Program-made: the position numbers and the translations under genes | IMG/VR virus record: IMGVR_UViG_2847593706_000001 | Location: 22,144-86,143 of that record | Direction: 5' to 3' (one strand) | DNA: 64,000 nt | Origin: a virus | Taxonomy: Duplodnaviria; Caudoviricetes | Shown here: one piece after another, positions 28,555 to 37,312 of the stretch | Position numbering within the stretch: position 1 is the stretch's first letter | Layout of the letters: every line of letters starts with the position of its first letter | The notes under the pieces: model-generated | Database searches by the model: none | The model's input: the letters and a program-made list of their open reading frames with translations, nothing else | Told to the model about the DNA's origin: nothing

Positions 28555-28752
28555 TTATTTGTATGAAGCTCTTATTCTTGCTTCCATTTCTTCAAGCCTT
28601 GTAGACTTGTTCTGTTTCGGTTGCTTCGGTTCAATTGCCACATTTCCCCGGAGTGCTATAATTTCAGCTTTAACATGAGATATGTCTCTTAGGACACTCT
28701 TCTCAATTTTTTCTAGTTGTGACAAAAGTGCTGTCGCTTGTTCTTCTGTCAT
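28555..28752 (-). CDS. Hypothetical protein (65 aa)
   Basis: ORF directly after the cro-like gene. Confidence 0.6.
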   Translation of the reverse strand: MTEEQATALLSQLEKIEKSVLRDISHVKAEIIALRGNVAIEPKQPKQNKSTRLEEMEARIRASYK

Positions 28753-28758
28753 ATTTTT

Positions 28759-29031
28759 TTATTGTTTAATAAGTTCTTTTCTATTGTTTATGACTTTTTC
28801 AAGAGCAGAGACGGTTTCAAAGTGATTCTTTTGATAAACTCTGAAAAATGCTTTCTCAACAGATGCAGTAGGAATATCAATCATTTCAGAAACAAGCTTC
28901 CAATCTCCATGTCTTTTCTTTTTAAGAAGATCTTCAAGACTTTTTATATATTTCTTTTCTTCTGCACTTTCTGGAATCAAGGAAAACTTACTTTTCATAG
29001 GTATTTTTACGGTATTTACGGGCTTCCTCAT
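28759..29031 (-). CDS. Cro-like early regulator (start moved to ATG 29031)
   Basis: Divergent from cI; GDWKLVSEMIDIPTASV helix-turn-helix-like; promoter TACTTTTG at 29074-29081 overlaps the ORF-track start. Confidence 0.6.
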   Translation of the reverse strand: MRKPVNTVKIPMKSKFSLIPESAEEKKYIKSLEDLLKKKRHGDWKLVSEMIDIPTASVEKAFFRVYQKNHFETVSALEKVINNRKELIKQ

Positions 29032-29073
29032 TTTATGTCTGTTTTTTGTCTTATTTTTGTCCTGATAACAATA

Positions 29074-29119
29074 CAAAAGTATAGCATTGCTATAATATAT
29101 ACAATAGCAAAGCTATTGT
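29074..29119. promoter_or_regulatory. Lysis/lysogeny switch: leftward -7 element plus two ATAGC-N3-GCTAT operators
   Basis: TATAGCATTGCTATA (29080-29094) and ACAATAGCAAAGCTATTGT (29101-29119); third copy at 29370-29384. Confidence 0.75.
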
Positions 29120-29153
29120 TTTTGTGTTAAAGTTTTGTTAAAATTTTAAATAT

Positions 29154-29882
29154 TTGGCAATGAGTGTTAAAGAAAGGTTGAAGAAGTACCTTAATCATAA
29201 GGATATTAAGAGTATAGAGTTTACTGATTCTATTGGGGCCTCACAAGGCTATATAAATGCTATCAGAAAATCTATTTCCCCAGATAAACTTGCTATAATA
29301 AAGATAAAGTATCCAGATTTAAATATTGATTGGTTAATTTATGGTGATGGTCGGATGCTTTATGATATAAATAGCAATGCTATTGTTGAAGAAGTTTATA
29401 AAGATGTTATTCCAAAAATTTATCCAACACATTTGGAGGTTAGAGTGGTAACTAATAAAGCAAGAGGAGGGTATACGGATAGTTATTATGCAGATGAGTA
29501 TTTAAAAGATTTGCCAGTGGTATTAGTAGAAGCAGACAAGGAATATAAAGGCAAATATTTAGCTTTTGAAGTTGATGGAGATAGTATGGAACCAGAATAT
29601 TATCCTGGTGATATAGTTATATGTAGGGAGGTTAAAAGGGATTTATGGCAGTATAAGTTACATTTTAAAGAGTACGATTTTGTAATTGCTCACGGAACGA
29701 AAGGGATTATGTTAAAAGAAATAGTAGATCATAACATAGAAACTGGAGAAATTACTTGCCACTCCCTAAATAATGGCGATGGAAGAAATAGCGATTTTAT
29801 TTTGAACTTAAAAGAAGTTTCATTCTTGTATAATATTGTGGAACATCGTAGAAGTGGAAAAGCTAAAAGAAGACATAGATAA
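29154..29882 (+). CDS. CI-like repressor, HTH plus S24 peptidase
   Basis: LNIDWLIYGDG HTH tail; AFEVDGDSMEP and IMLKE catalytic motifs; ATG 29160 plausible start. Confidence 0.92.
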   Translation: MAMSVKERLKKYLNHKDIKSIEFTDSIGASQGYINAIRKSISPDKLAIIKIKYPDLNIDWLIYGDGRMLYDINSNAIVEEVYKDVIPKIYPTHLEVRVVTNKARGGYTDSYYADEYLKDLPVVLVEADKEYKGKYLAFEVDGDSMEPEYYPGDIVICREVKRDLWQYKLHFKEYDFVIAHGTKGIMLKEIVDHNIETGEITCHSLNNGDGRNSDFILNLKEVSFLYNIVEHRRSGKAKRRHR

Positions 29883-29898
29883 TTAAAAGCAAATAAAT

Positions 29899-30165
29899 AT
29901 GAAAAAGGTAATTATATTAATTCCCTTATGTTTTTTAGGTTGTAGTAAAGATGATGATTCAGCCTGTTTTCAAACTTGGAATGTTACAGAGTATTGTACA
30001 CGGTCAACCGGATGTAGTATTGTTGGTTGTGGTGAATCTCCAAAAACTCTTGAATCCAGATTTAAATGTGATGAGGTTCAAGGAGTAAAAAATGGAGACG
30101 TAATAAATTATAAAACTGTTGAATGTGCAAAGTTTTATAGAAAGTATAATTTCAAAGTAAACTAA
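29899..30165 (+). CDS. Cys-rich lipoprotein co-transcribed with cI
   Basis: Lipobox FLGC followed by six further Cys. Confidence 0.75.
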   Translation: MKKVIILIPLCFLGCSKDDDSACFQTWNVTEYCTRSTGCSIVGCGESPKTLESRFKCDEVQGVKNGDVINYKTVECAKFYRKYNFKVN

Positions 30166-30419
30166 TGATTGAATCAGATAAAAATATGTTGAAAGCTATT
30201 GATATGCTAAAACAGTCGAAGGTAATCAAATTCAAAACTGAAGCTTACTTGGTTATGAATCTTAATACGGTTTATGTTCATAAGGTCAAAAATCCGGATT
30301 TAGAAAAGTATAGAAATTATTATCATTTCACAGCAGAACATATCAGATTATTTTGTACACAATATAAAATCAACGCAAACTTTATCTATGGATTTGAAAC
30401 AAATATGTACCGGAAATAG
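30165..30419 (+). CDS. Small HTH-like protein (84 aa)
   Basis: HFTAEHIRLFCTQYKINANFIYG resembles an XRE C-terminal half. Confidence 0.55.
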   Translation: MIESDKNMLKAIDMLKQSKVIKFKTEAYLVMNLNTVYVHKVKNPDLEKYRNYYHFTAEHIRLFCTQYKINANFIYGFETNMYRK

Positions 30420-30435
30420 GATAAAAATTAAGCAA

Positions 30436-30463
30436 TTTTCGGGTAACTTTTCGGGTAACTTTT
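30436..30463. repeat. Tandem 12-bp repeat TTTTCGGGTAAC x2; probable prophage integrase arm-type sites
   Basis: About 90 bp inside the att core. Confidence 0.55.
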
Positions 30464-30553
30464 GAATAAAAAAACAAACAATCTTTAAAATAATAATTCC
30501 GTAAAGGGTTATCTTTCAGTCGATTAATAATTCATGATGTATAGGGGCATTGC

Positions 30554-30595
30554 CTCATAATCAGGTGGTCCCTGGTTCGAGCCCAGGTGGGACCA
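30554..30595 (+). repeat. att core 1: 3' half of tRNA(CAT), probably tRNA-Ile2 (prophage attR / element 1 attL)
   Basis: CTCATAATCAGGTGGTCCCTGGTTCGAGCCCAGGTGGGACCA; 5' half absent; exact copy at 48179. Confidence 0.92.
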
Positions 30596-30598
30596 CAG

Positions 30599-30626
30599 AA
30601 AAGCACTCAATTTGAGTGCTTTTTTT
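30599..30626 (+). terminator. Intrinsic terminator after tRNA 3' end
   Basis: AAAAGCACTCA-ATT-TGAGTGCTTTT followed by T tract. Confidence 0.85.
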
Positions 30627-30703
30627 ATTTCTATACTGTAGTTCAGTCTTTTATACTTACATTTTATCAATAATTCTAGTTTCTATAGTTCCTTCTGATG
30701 GAG

Positions 30704-30747
30704 AAAAGGCATATAAAAAGGCACATCTTCATCATTAAAAAGGCATA
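30704..30747. repeat. Three AAAAGGCAYA repeats; probable integrase arm-type sites
   Basis: At 30704, 30716 and 30738, between att core and integrase. Confidence 0.6.
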
Positions 30748-30769
30748 CCCTTTAAAATTTATTAATTAA

Positions 30770-31978
30770 ATGAATTACAATAAATTACATATACTATTTG
30801 TGATAGATAAAACCAATGTGAATACAAAAGGTAAAGCTCCATTGAGGTGTAGGTTAACCTATTCAGGAAAAAGAAAGGTTTTTTCTACAGGATTATTTAT
30901 TATTTCTAAACAATGGGATAGTAAACAACAATTAATTAAGCCTCCTAATGAAGAAAATACATTTATTAATACTTCACTAAGTCTGGTTAAGAATGGAATT
31001 AATCAGGCTTTTTTATTTCTACAGGTTAGTGGAAATGATTTTGATATTAACGATATTTACTTACAATACAAAGGAGATATTCCTAAGCAAGACAAAACTA
31101 TACTTCAGCTTTTTCAAGAACATAATATAAGAGTTGAAAAACTAATAGGGAAGGAGTATTCTATAGCAACCTTATGGAAGTTTAAACAAGCGAAAGAGTT
31201 GTTAAAAGACTTTATAAAATCTCATTTCAACAAAGCTGATTATCATTTTAAAGATTTAGACTTGAAATTTATTCAAGATTATGAGTTTTATTTAAAAACA
31301 GAAAAGTCTTTAGCTATTGCTACTACTAATAAGATGATACAAAGGTTCAGGAAAATTGTCAAGGTTGCTCTCTCAGAAGATATTTTACACAAGGAACCTT
31401 TTACTAACTATAAAGTAAAACATATTAAAAAAGAAATAACTTATTTAACTGAAGAAGAATTAGCTAAGCTTGAGGAATATCAATTTAAAGCTGAAAAATT
31501 GCAGATGGTTAAGGATATGTTTGTATTCTGTTGTTATACAGGTTTGGCTTATAGTGAGATGGTTAATCTTGAAAAATCTCATATTATAAAGGGATTTGAT
31601 GGTAATGAATGGATTAATATGATGAGAGGAAAAACTCAGCATTTGTTAACAATACCTCTGTTTACTAGAAGTAAAAGAATCATTGATAAATATGACTATG
31701 TTGATGAAAAAAGAGTTCTTCCTAAGTTAAGTAACCAAAAGTTTAATGTTTATTTGAAAGAAATAGCTGATATAGTTGGAATAAATAAAAGGCTTACTCA
31801 TCATCTAGCAAGAAGAACCTTTGCAACAACTGTATTACTTTTTAATGATGTCCCTATGGAGATTGTATCACAACTTTTAGGGCATTCAAAAATTACTATA
31901 ACCCAGCAACATTATGCTAAGGTAGTACAGAAAAAGGTTAGTGAGCAGATGAATAGATTGAATTCTAAGTTGAAATAA
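30770..31978 (+). CDS. int: Tyrosine integrase (Bacteroidota IntDOT/NBU type)
   Basis: Arm-binding N-terminus (RKVFSTG), YTGLAYSE, HLARRTF, LLGH, terminal catalytic Y. Confidence 0.95.
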   Translation: MNYNKLHILFVIDKTNVNTKGKAPLRCRLTYSGKRKVFSTGLFIISKQWDSKQQLIKPPNEENTFINTSLSLVKNGINQAFLFLQVSGNDFDINDIYLQYKGDIPKQDKTILQLFQEHNIRVEKLIGKEYSIATLWKFKQAKELLKDFIKSHFNKADYHFKDLDLKFIQDYEFYLKTEKSLAIATTNKMIQRFRKIVKVALSEDILHKEPFTNYKVKHIKKEITYLTEEELAKLEEYQFKAEKLQMVKDMFVFCCYTGLAYSEMVNLEKSHIIKGFDGNEWINMMRGKTQHLLTIPLFTRSKRIIDKYDYVDEKRVLPKLSNQKFNVYLKEIADIVGINKRLTHHLARRTFATTVLLFNDVPMEIVSQLLGHSKITITQQHYAKVVQKKVSEQMNRLNSKLK

Positions 31979-32031
31979 CTTAATATTAGTTACTATGTTC
32001 TATTTTTACTAAATATTTAATATTATTTTAT

Positions 32032-34533
32032 ATGGAGTCAACTAATAGCCATTTTGATGGTTTTCCTATAGATTTTAAAGAAATAAATAAGGAGGATTTT
32101 CCAGATTTTTCTGTGAGTGATAAAGTAGTAATAAGTCCAAACGATGATGGGTTTATTGGTCAGGCTATTATCGATAATATAGATTTGCAAGAAAAAAATA
32201 CAGTAGTTATTAATGCTGCAGTAGGTCAGGGTAAAACTACAGCTATAATGGAAGTGGTAAAAGACTATTATGATAATACTGATTATTTAATATTCATAGT
32301 TTCACCATTTACGAGTTTAGTTGAGCAATACTATAAAAAAACTGCTAGTATAGGAATACCCGAAGAGGATATTTATAGATATGAGCTAATTGGTAAGGAT
32401 ATGTCTAGAGATGCGTGGAATAGTAGGGTTCAGATTGCTACAGTGAATTGTTTATTAGGTAATCCAGGAGAGGAATCTTTAATAAACAGCGAAGCTAAAA
32501 GAAACTATATAAACTACTTAAAGCGAATGTGTGAAGAAAGTGGAAAAAAGGTAGTTTTTATCTATGATGAAATCCATGATTCCATTCATAATTTTAAAGA
32601 AAGATATATTTTCAACTTATGGAAATGGAAAAATGTCATTCATAAGAATTTTATATTAAGCGCCACTTACAATGAAGCTTCTAAGGTTGTAATAGAGTAT
32701 CTGGCTGAGCTTACAGATGATAAAATTCAAATTATAGAATCTGAAAGAAAAGTGTTTATGGATAAGCAATCAGAATTATTTTTACATTTTAATACTGCAA
32801 GTAGTTATTCAGAAAGTAATGATGGTATACAAGCAATAGTTGAGGATTTAGTTAGAAAAGGAAAGAAAATAGATATTCTTTCATATTCTAAAAATCTTGC
32901 AGATAAAATATGTAATAATATAGATTCAGGTATTGGTAAGTTATTGTTTGATGCTTTTGGGGAGATTAACAATTGTACTTCAGATAGTAAATATTCATTT
33001 GGAGATATATTCGTAAATAGGTATAATCCTGAGAAATGTAATGTAGGGACAAACTTTAAATCTGGAGTAAGTATTGAAAAAGAAGATCATGCTTTAATCA
33101 TAATTCTTCCTCCATTAGGTACAAAAGGAAATTTAAGTAATTATGGAATATTTTCAGATGGAGTAAATTCCATTATCCAAGCTTTAGCAAGACAAAGAAC
33201 TAAAGGAGAAATTCATATTGTTCTCCCTCCACCTGATAAGTTTGATTCGACTACATTAATGATGTCTGAGGAATTAAAAGAAAGATTTATGGATTCCTAT
33301 GAAGTACATCAGGATTACAAAGCCTCAAATGATAGATTAGTACAATATTATTCTTTTAATCAACAGGATGAACTGCTTAAAACTTTTTATGATGAAGTAA
33401 TTCATGAAAATGTTAGAGATGAAGAGCAACATATACAAACCTTATCAAGAGAAAATAAACTTTCACTAACTTTTCCTAGTTATAAAAACTATAAAATTTT
33501 GGAGGGAGAAAAGTATTTTCCAAAATATCATAAATTTTTTGGTGGAGATTTATCTTCATTTATCTTATATTCTGCATTAACAAATCAATTCGTTAATTGT
33601 AGACTTGCAGATACAAATGCTAAATCTCTCTTGATTTTTGAAGAAGGGAAGATTCAATGGAAATTAGAGCAATTTTTAAAAGAGTATCTAGATGAAAATT
33701 TTTTGTGGCTTCTTCAGACTACTACATCAAAGTATTTTTATAATTATCTTAAGGATGAGATATTTAGTAATTATAAAGTTTTCTATAAAGATTCTGTTGG
33801 AAGAAAAGAGATAATTAAGGATTCTCATAAAAATTTTGAACAACAGCTGATAGCTTTTGTCCAAAGGAAGTTTTATCCCCAAAATAAGATTTTTAATTTT
33901 CAGTTTTACTCTACTAGTGGGTTTGTTATAGATGCTTCTTATCCTAGAGGGGAATATTTAATGTCATGTATATCACATGCTTTAAAAATGAATGAAACTC
34001 CAGATGATATTTTAGACAGTGATAAATTAGTGGTACAAGCTTATTTGGACTTAAATTATTTTAGAGAAAAAATGTTGAACTCAATAATCACAACTAGAAG
34101 AGGTCAAAGGTGCTTTCCTAATGATGTACCAGAGAATTTTATTTTACCTGATGAAATGGACAGGTATAGTAGAATGATTGAAGTCTTAATTACTTATGAC
34201 CCTGTTATTAGTAAAAACCTGTTTGATTTTAAGAATCTATTTACAAGAAGTAATTATTCACAAGCTGAAAGAATTAAAGGTTTTTATAATTATATGAAAG
34301 TTGATTTTTTTAAAGGAAAGGCTAAAAAATTTAAAAGCTCAACAATGAATGGGTATTATTTTATAATAGAGGAGGATGTGGTTCTTCCAGATTCTAATTT
34401 AGTAATGAACTTTCTTAGTGTAGAAGATTTTAGTATTCCTGAAGAAGCAATGCCAACCTTAATAATAGATGCTGATGGAAACCCTTTTATTCAATATCTA
34501 AATGGAGATAGAGAGGCATTTAGCATTTCTTAA
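32032..34533 (+). CDS. SF2 (DExH) helicase-like protein, candidate replication initiator (833 aa)
   Basis: AVGQGKTT, SPFTSLVEQ, DEIH, LSAT, FKSGVSI, QALARQR. Confidence 0.8.
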   Translation: MESTNSHFDGFPIDFKEINKEDFPDFSVSDKVVISPNDDGFIGQAIIDNIDLQEKNTVVINAAVGQGKTTAIMEVVKDYYDNTDYLIFIVSPFTSLVEQYYKKTASIGIPEEDIYRYELIGKDMSRDAWNSRVQIATVNCLLGNPGEESLINSEAKRNYINYLKRMCEESGKKVVFIYDEIHDSIHNFKERYIFNLWKWKNVIHKNFILSATYNEASKVVIEYLAELTDDKIQIIESERKVFMDKQSELFLHFNTASSYSESNDGIQAIVEDLVRKGKKIDILSYSKNLADKICNNIDSGIGKLLFDAFGEINNCTSDSKYSFGDIFVNRYNPEKCNVGTNFKSGVSIEKEDHALIIILPPLGTKGNLSNYGIFSDGVNSIIQALARQRTKGEIHIVLPPPDKFDSTTLMMSEELKERFMDSYEVHQDYKASNDRLVQYYSFNQQDELLKTFYDEVIHENVRDEEQHIQTLSRENKLSLTFPSYKNYKILEGEKYFPKYHKFFGGDLSSFILYSALTNQFVNCRLADTNAKSLLIFEEGKIQWKLEQFLKEYLDENFLWLLQTTTSKYFYNYLKDEIFSNYKVFYKDSVGRKEIIKDSHKNFEQQLIAFVQRKFYPQNKIFNFQFYSTSGFVIDASYPRGEYLMSCISHALKMNETPDDILDSDKLVVQAYLDLNYFREKMLNSIITTRRGQRCFPNDVPENFILPDEMDRYSRMIEVLITYDPVISKNLFDFKNLFTRSNYSQAERIKGFYNYMKVDFFKGKAKKFKSSTMNGYYFIIEEDVVLPDSNLVMNFLSVEDFSIPEEAMPTLIIDADGNPFIQYLNGDREAFSIS

Positions 34534-34586
34534 ACTTCTATTTCCGTATATATCCCTATAGAGTACAAAAACGAAATTGGAAGTTT
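34532..34586. promoter_or_regulatory. Origin-like site: 16-bp imperfect inverted repeats around a 23-bp CTATA spacer
   Basis: AAACTTCTATTTCCGT...ACGAAATTGGAAGTTT; related copy at 63469. Confidence 0.55.
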
Positions 34587-34588
34587 CT

Positions 34589-34619
34589 AAAAATCCCTAC
34601 AGAAATTGTAGGGATTTTT
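34589..34619. terminator. Hairpin/terminator downstream of helicase
   Basis: AAAAATCCCTACA-GAAAT-TGTAGGGATTTTT. Confidence 0.7.
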
Positions 34620-34646
34620 CATTATTTAACCTTAAATCAATTTATT

Positions 34647-35564
34647 ATGCAATTAAGACAATCACAAAGACAACAGGTAAAGCTCAGATTAGGATTATCC
34701 GGAGCAAGTGGATTTGGAAAAACCAAATCAGCCTTATTATTAGCCTATGGAATGACACAAGACTGGAGCAAAATAGCTGTTATAGATACAGAAAATTCCT
34801 CTGCTTCCTTATATTCAGACCTGGGAAATTATAATGTTTTGGACTTACAAGCACCTTATAGCCCTGAAAGATATATCCAGGCTATTGAATTATGCGAGAA
34901 ATCAGGCATTGAAGTTATTATCATAGATTCAGCTAGCCATGAATGGAATGGCTCTGGTGGATGCTTAGAAATTCATGAGAAATTAGGTGGCAGGTTTCAG
35001 GATTGGGCTAATGTAACTCCAAGGCATCAAGCATTCATCAACAAGATATTACAGTCAAGCTGTCATATCATTACCACCACAAGAAGAAAGATGGATTATT
35101 CTTTAGATATTGGTAGCAATGGTAAGACTAAAGTCGTGAAACATGGAACAAAAGAAATCACTAGGGATGGCTTTGAATATGAACTCACTATCAATTTTGA
35201 ATTAGTTAATGATAATCATTTGGCTAAAGCAAGTAAGGATAGAACAGGACTATTCATGAATAAACCTGAGTTTCTGATAACCCCTCAAACTGGTAAGGTG
35301 ATTCTTGACTGGTGTAATTCAGGAACTATTAACCCAACCCAGGTAACCTCTTCTATGCCTAAACAAAGTTACCTGGGTGCTAATGAGATTAACACTCTGA
35401 TTAGTAAAATTGGAGATTGCAACACAATTAATGACCTTTTGGCTCTTTACAAACAATTTCCCCAATATCAGGAAGATTTAAAATCTGAATATGAAGCCAG
35501 AAAATCATTTTTAATCAAATTATCCAACCCTCAAAACTTTTCAACTAATGGAATACACAGATAA
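34647..35564 (+). CDS. AAA_24/Sak4-like P-loop ATPase
   Basis: GASGFGKT, VIDTE, IIDSASHEW, GFEYE, ASKDRTGLF. Confidence 0.85.
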   Translation: MQLRQSQRQQVKLRLGLSGASGFGKTKSALLLAYGMTQDWSKIAVIDTENSSASLYSDLGNYNVLDLQAPYSPERYIQAIELCEKSGIEVIIIDSASHEWNGSGGCLEIHEKLGGRFQDWANVTPRHQAFINKILQSSCHIITTTRRKMDYSLDIGSNGKTKVVKHGTKEITRDGFEYELTINFELVNDNHLAKASKDRTGLFMNKPEFLITPQTGKVILDWCNSGTINPTQVTSSMPKQSYLGANEINTLISKIGDCNTINDLLALYKQFPQYQEDLKSEYEARKSFLIKLSNPQNFSTNGIHR

Positions 35565-36675
35565 TACAGCAGTAATGGAACTGCACAATGTCCAAAGAAG
35601 CAGTCACCTTAACCTGGAGGCTGTAAATATCCAAGAGGCAGAGGTGTTTTATCCAAGCAAAATGAATGAATGTAAGGAGGTTGAACCAAGAAGTGTTCAA
35701 CCTCTTTTGATTTCTGATACAGTCAGTACAACTATTGGTACAACAGGCTCTGCCTATGCTCATAAGCCATTCATTGAAGCCAACACCTTACAAGTTGATT
35801 TAAGCCACCTTAAAAGTGACTGCATCATTCCTGTGTTCAGTAAAGACAATGAAAAGACTATTGCCCATCAAGAGTTTATAGATATTGTGATGAATACAAT
35901 ATTAAAGCTGTTCCCACATCACAGTATCAGCAATCCTGAAATTAGGGTATCACATCAAATCAAGGGCAGGACACCTGATGCCATATACAAAAGTGCTAAG
36001 GAATTATTAGACCATGAGAAGACCATTTACTATGAAAGAATGGCTTTTATTATTCAAATACCATCTATTGTAGACACTATCAATGGTAATGAATTAGCTC
36101 TAACTTTGGGAGGAGTACGAAGTTATAACCTGGAGAACCTTTACAACAAGAAAACCTTTGAAAAATTCAAGTTCTTCATTGGCTTTCAAAATAAGGTTTG
36201 CTGTAATTTATGTGTTAGTTCTGATGGTTTTGTAGAAGAAATGAGAGTTGGAAATTATCATGAACTACAGGAGAAAGTTACCCATGTGATTCAAAACTAC
36301 AATGCAAAAAGTCATCTGGAGGTTATGAAGTCATTATCTCACAGTTATCTTACAGAGCATCAATTTGCCCAGCTCTTAGGCAGGTCAAGACTGTATCAAC
36401 ATTTACCTAAAAAAGAGAGATTAGCCATACCAAGTCTGAACTTTAATGACAGTCAGCTTAGTACAGTAGCTAAAGACTACTATGAAGATGAAAACTTTTG
36501 CAGAAATGATGATGGAGATATTAACCTCTGGAATGTGTATAATCTCTTTACACAGGCTAATAAGAGCAGTTATATAGACACTTTCCTTGACAGGAATTTG
36601 AATGCTTTTGAGTTTTCAAAAGGTATTCAGAAACTACTTAATGGTAACTCTAATTATCATTGGTTTTTAAGCTGA
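35548..36675 (+). CDS. DUF3871 family protein
   Basis: FIEANT...IIPVFSKDNE...RVSHQIKGR...YYERMAF...ANKSSYID...YHWFL. Confidence 0.8.
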   Translation: MEYTDNTAVMELHNVQRSSHLNLEAVNIQEAEVFYPSKMNECKEVEPRSVQPLLISDTVSTTIGTTGSAYAHKPFIEANTLQVDLSHLKSDCIIPVFSKDNEKTIAHQEFIDIVMNTILKLFPHHSISNPEIRVSHQIKGRTPDAIYKSAKELLDHEKTIYYERMAFIIQIPSIVDTINGNELALTLGGVRSYNLENLYNKKTFEKFKFFIGFQNKVCCNLCVSSDGFVEEMRVGNYHELQEKVTHVIQNYNAKSHLEVMKSLSHSYLTEHQFAQLLGRSRLYQHLPKKERLAIPSLNFNDSQLSTVAKDYYEDENFCRNDDGDINLWNVYNLFTQANKSSYIDTFLDRNLNAFEFSKGIQKLLNGNSNYHWFLS

Positions 36676-36715
36676 TCTTACTTCCTAGTTTTTTATTGGT
36701 GCATATTTAAACCTC

Positions 36716-37312
36716 ATGAATGATTATATTTGTAGTCAAAAAATCATATTAATGATCCATTTTATAAATAATGTACTCAAATATAAATCTTTATTTCATA
36801 TCATAGATATTCCTTATAGGGACATTCATTTAATACAAAAGAAAGTGATTAATGATCTAAAACTAAATAATTTAAATCAGCTGAGAGATAAATTTGAAGG
36901 TGAGCAGTATTATAAGAATAATCTTCACAAATGTTTACCAATCTTAGCTCTTGAAAAACTATTTACCAAAAGAATTTTTGATTGGGATAATTTAGATCTA
37001 AAGAGTATCCAGAGTATACTCACAATTGAAAATACTAAGGTATATTTAAAACTGTGTGAATATGGGAAAACTCCAGAGGTTGAGAAAGATATAGATGGAC
37101 CTGTGATTTTTTTTGTTTATGATGATAAAAAAGAAGTATGGATATGTGGACTTGCACGAAAGGAGACTATAAGCAGGTTTCAAGGTAAAGAAAGAACAAT
37201 AGGTATAGGTTCAAGAGCCAAAAGAGTTGTTGAATTTATAGGATTTGAACATTTAAAAAACTTTAGTTCATTTGAAGAACTATCATTAATTGTAAAAGAA
37301 GAAAATGAATAA
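36716..37312 (+). CDS. Hypothetical protein coupled to the methyltransferase (start probably ATG 36752)
   Basis: Overlaps MTase start; TATATTTG promoter element at 36725-36732. Confidence 0.65.
   Translation: MNDYICSQKIILMIHFINNVLKYKSLFHIIDIPYRDIHLIQKKVINDLKLNNLNQLRDKFEGEQYYKNNLHKCLPILALEKLFTKRIFDWDNLDLKSIQSILTIENTKVYLKLCEYGKTPEVEKDIDGPVIFFVYDDKKEVWICGLARKETISRFQGKERTIGIGSRAKRVVEFIGFEHLKNFSSFEELSLIVKEENE

Larger units (their letters stand above)
1..30595. mobile_element. Prophage (siphovirus-like, temperate), right part; continues past the left window edge
   Basis: Tape measure, terminases, replication/recombination genes and S24 repressor; ends at the tRNA 3'-half att core (30554-30595). 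Confidence 0.93.
30554..34930 (+). repeat. 4.4-kb direct repeat, copy A (copy B at 48179-52555)
   Basis: Constant offset of 17625; identical integrase and helicase translations; one SNP seen (34657 G vs 52282 A); abrupt divergence after GATTC. Confidence 0.92.

Noticed and set aside
30520-30595. Intact tRNA-Met/Ile gene
   Set aside because: Sequence upstream of the anticodon loop cannot form D arm or acceptor stem; same at 48179, so both are att remnants
30770-31978. Integrase as the prophage integrase
   Set aside because: Lies outside the att core bounding the prophage and is duplicated at the head of element 2
30770-31978. Integrase inactivated by loss of the first catalytic Arg (TGLAY instead of TGLRY)
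   Set aside because: Substitution at this position is known in active IntDOT-type Bacteroidota integrases
34577-34834. 85-aa ORF (and its copy 52202-52459)
   Set aside because: TTG start, overlaps a hairpin and the AAA gene in another frame
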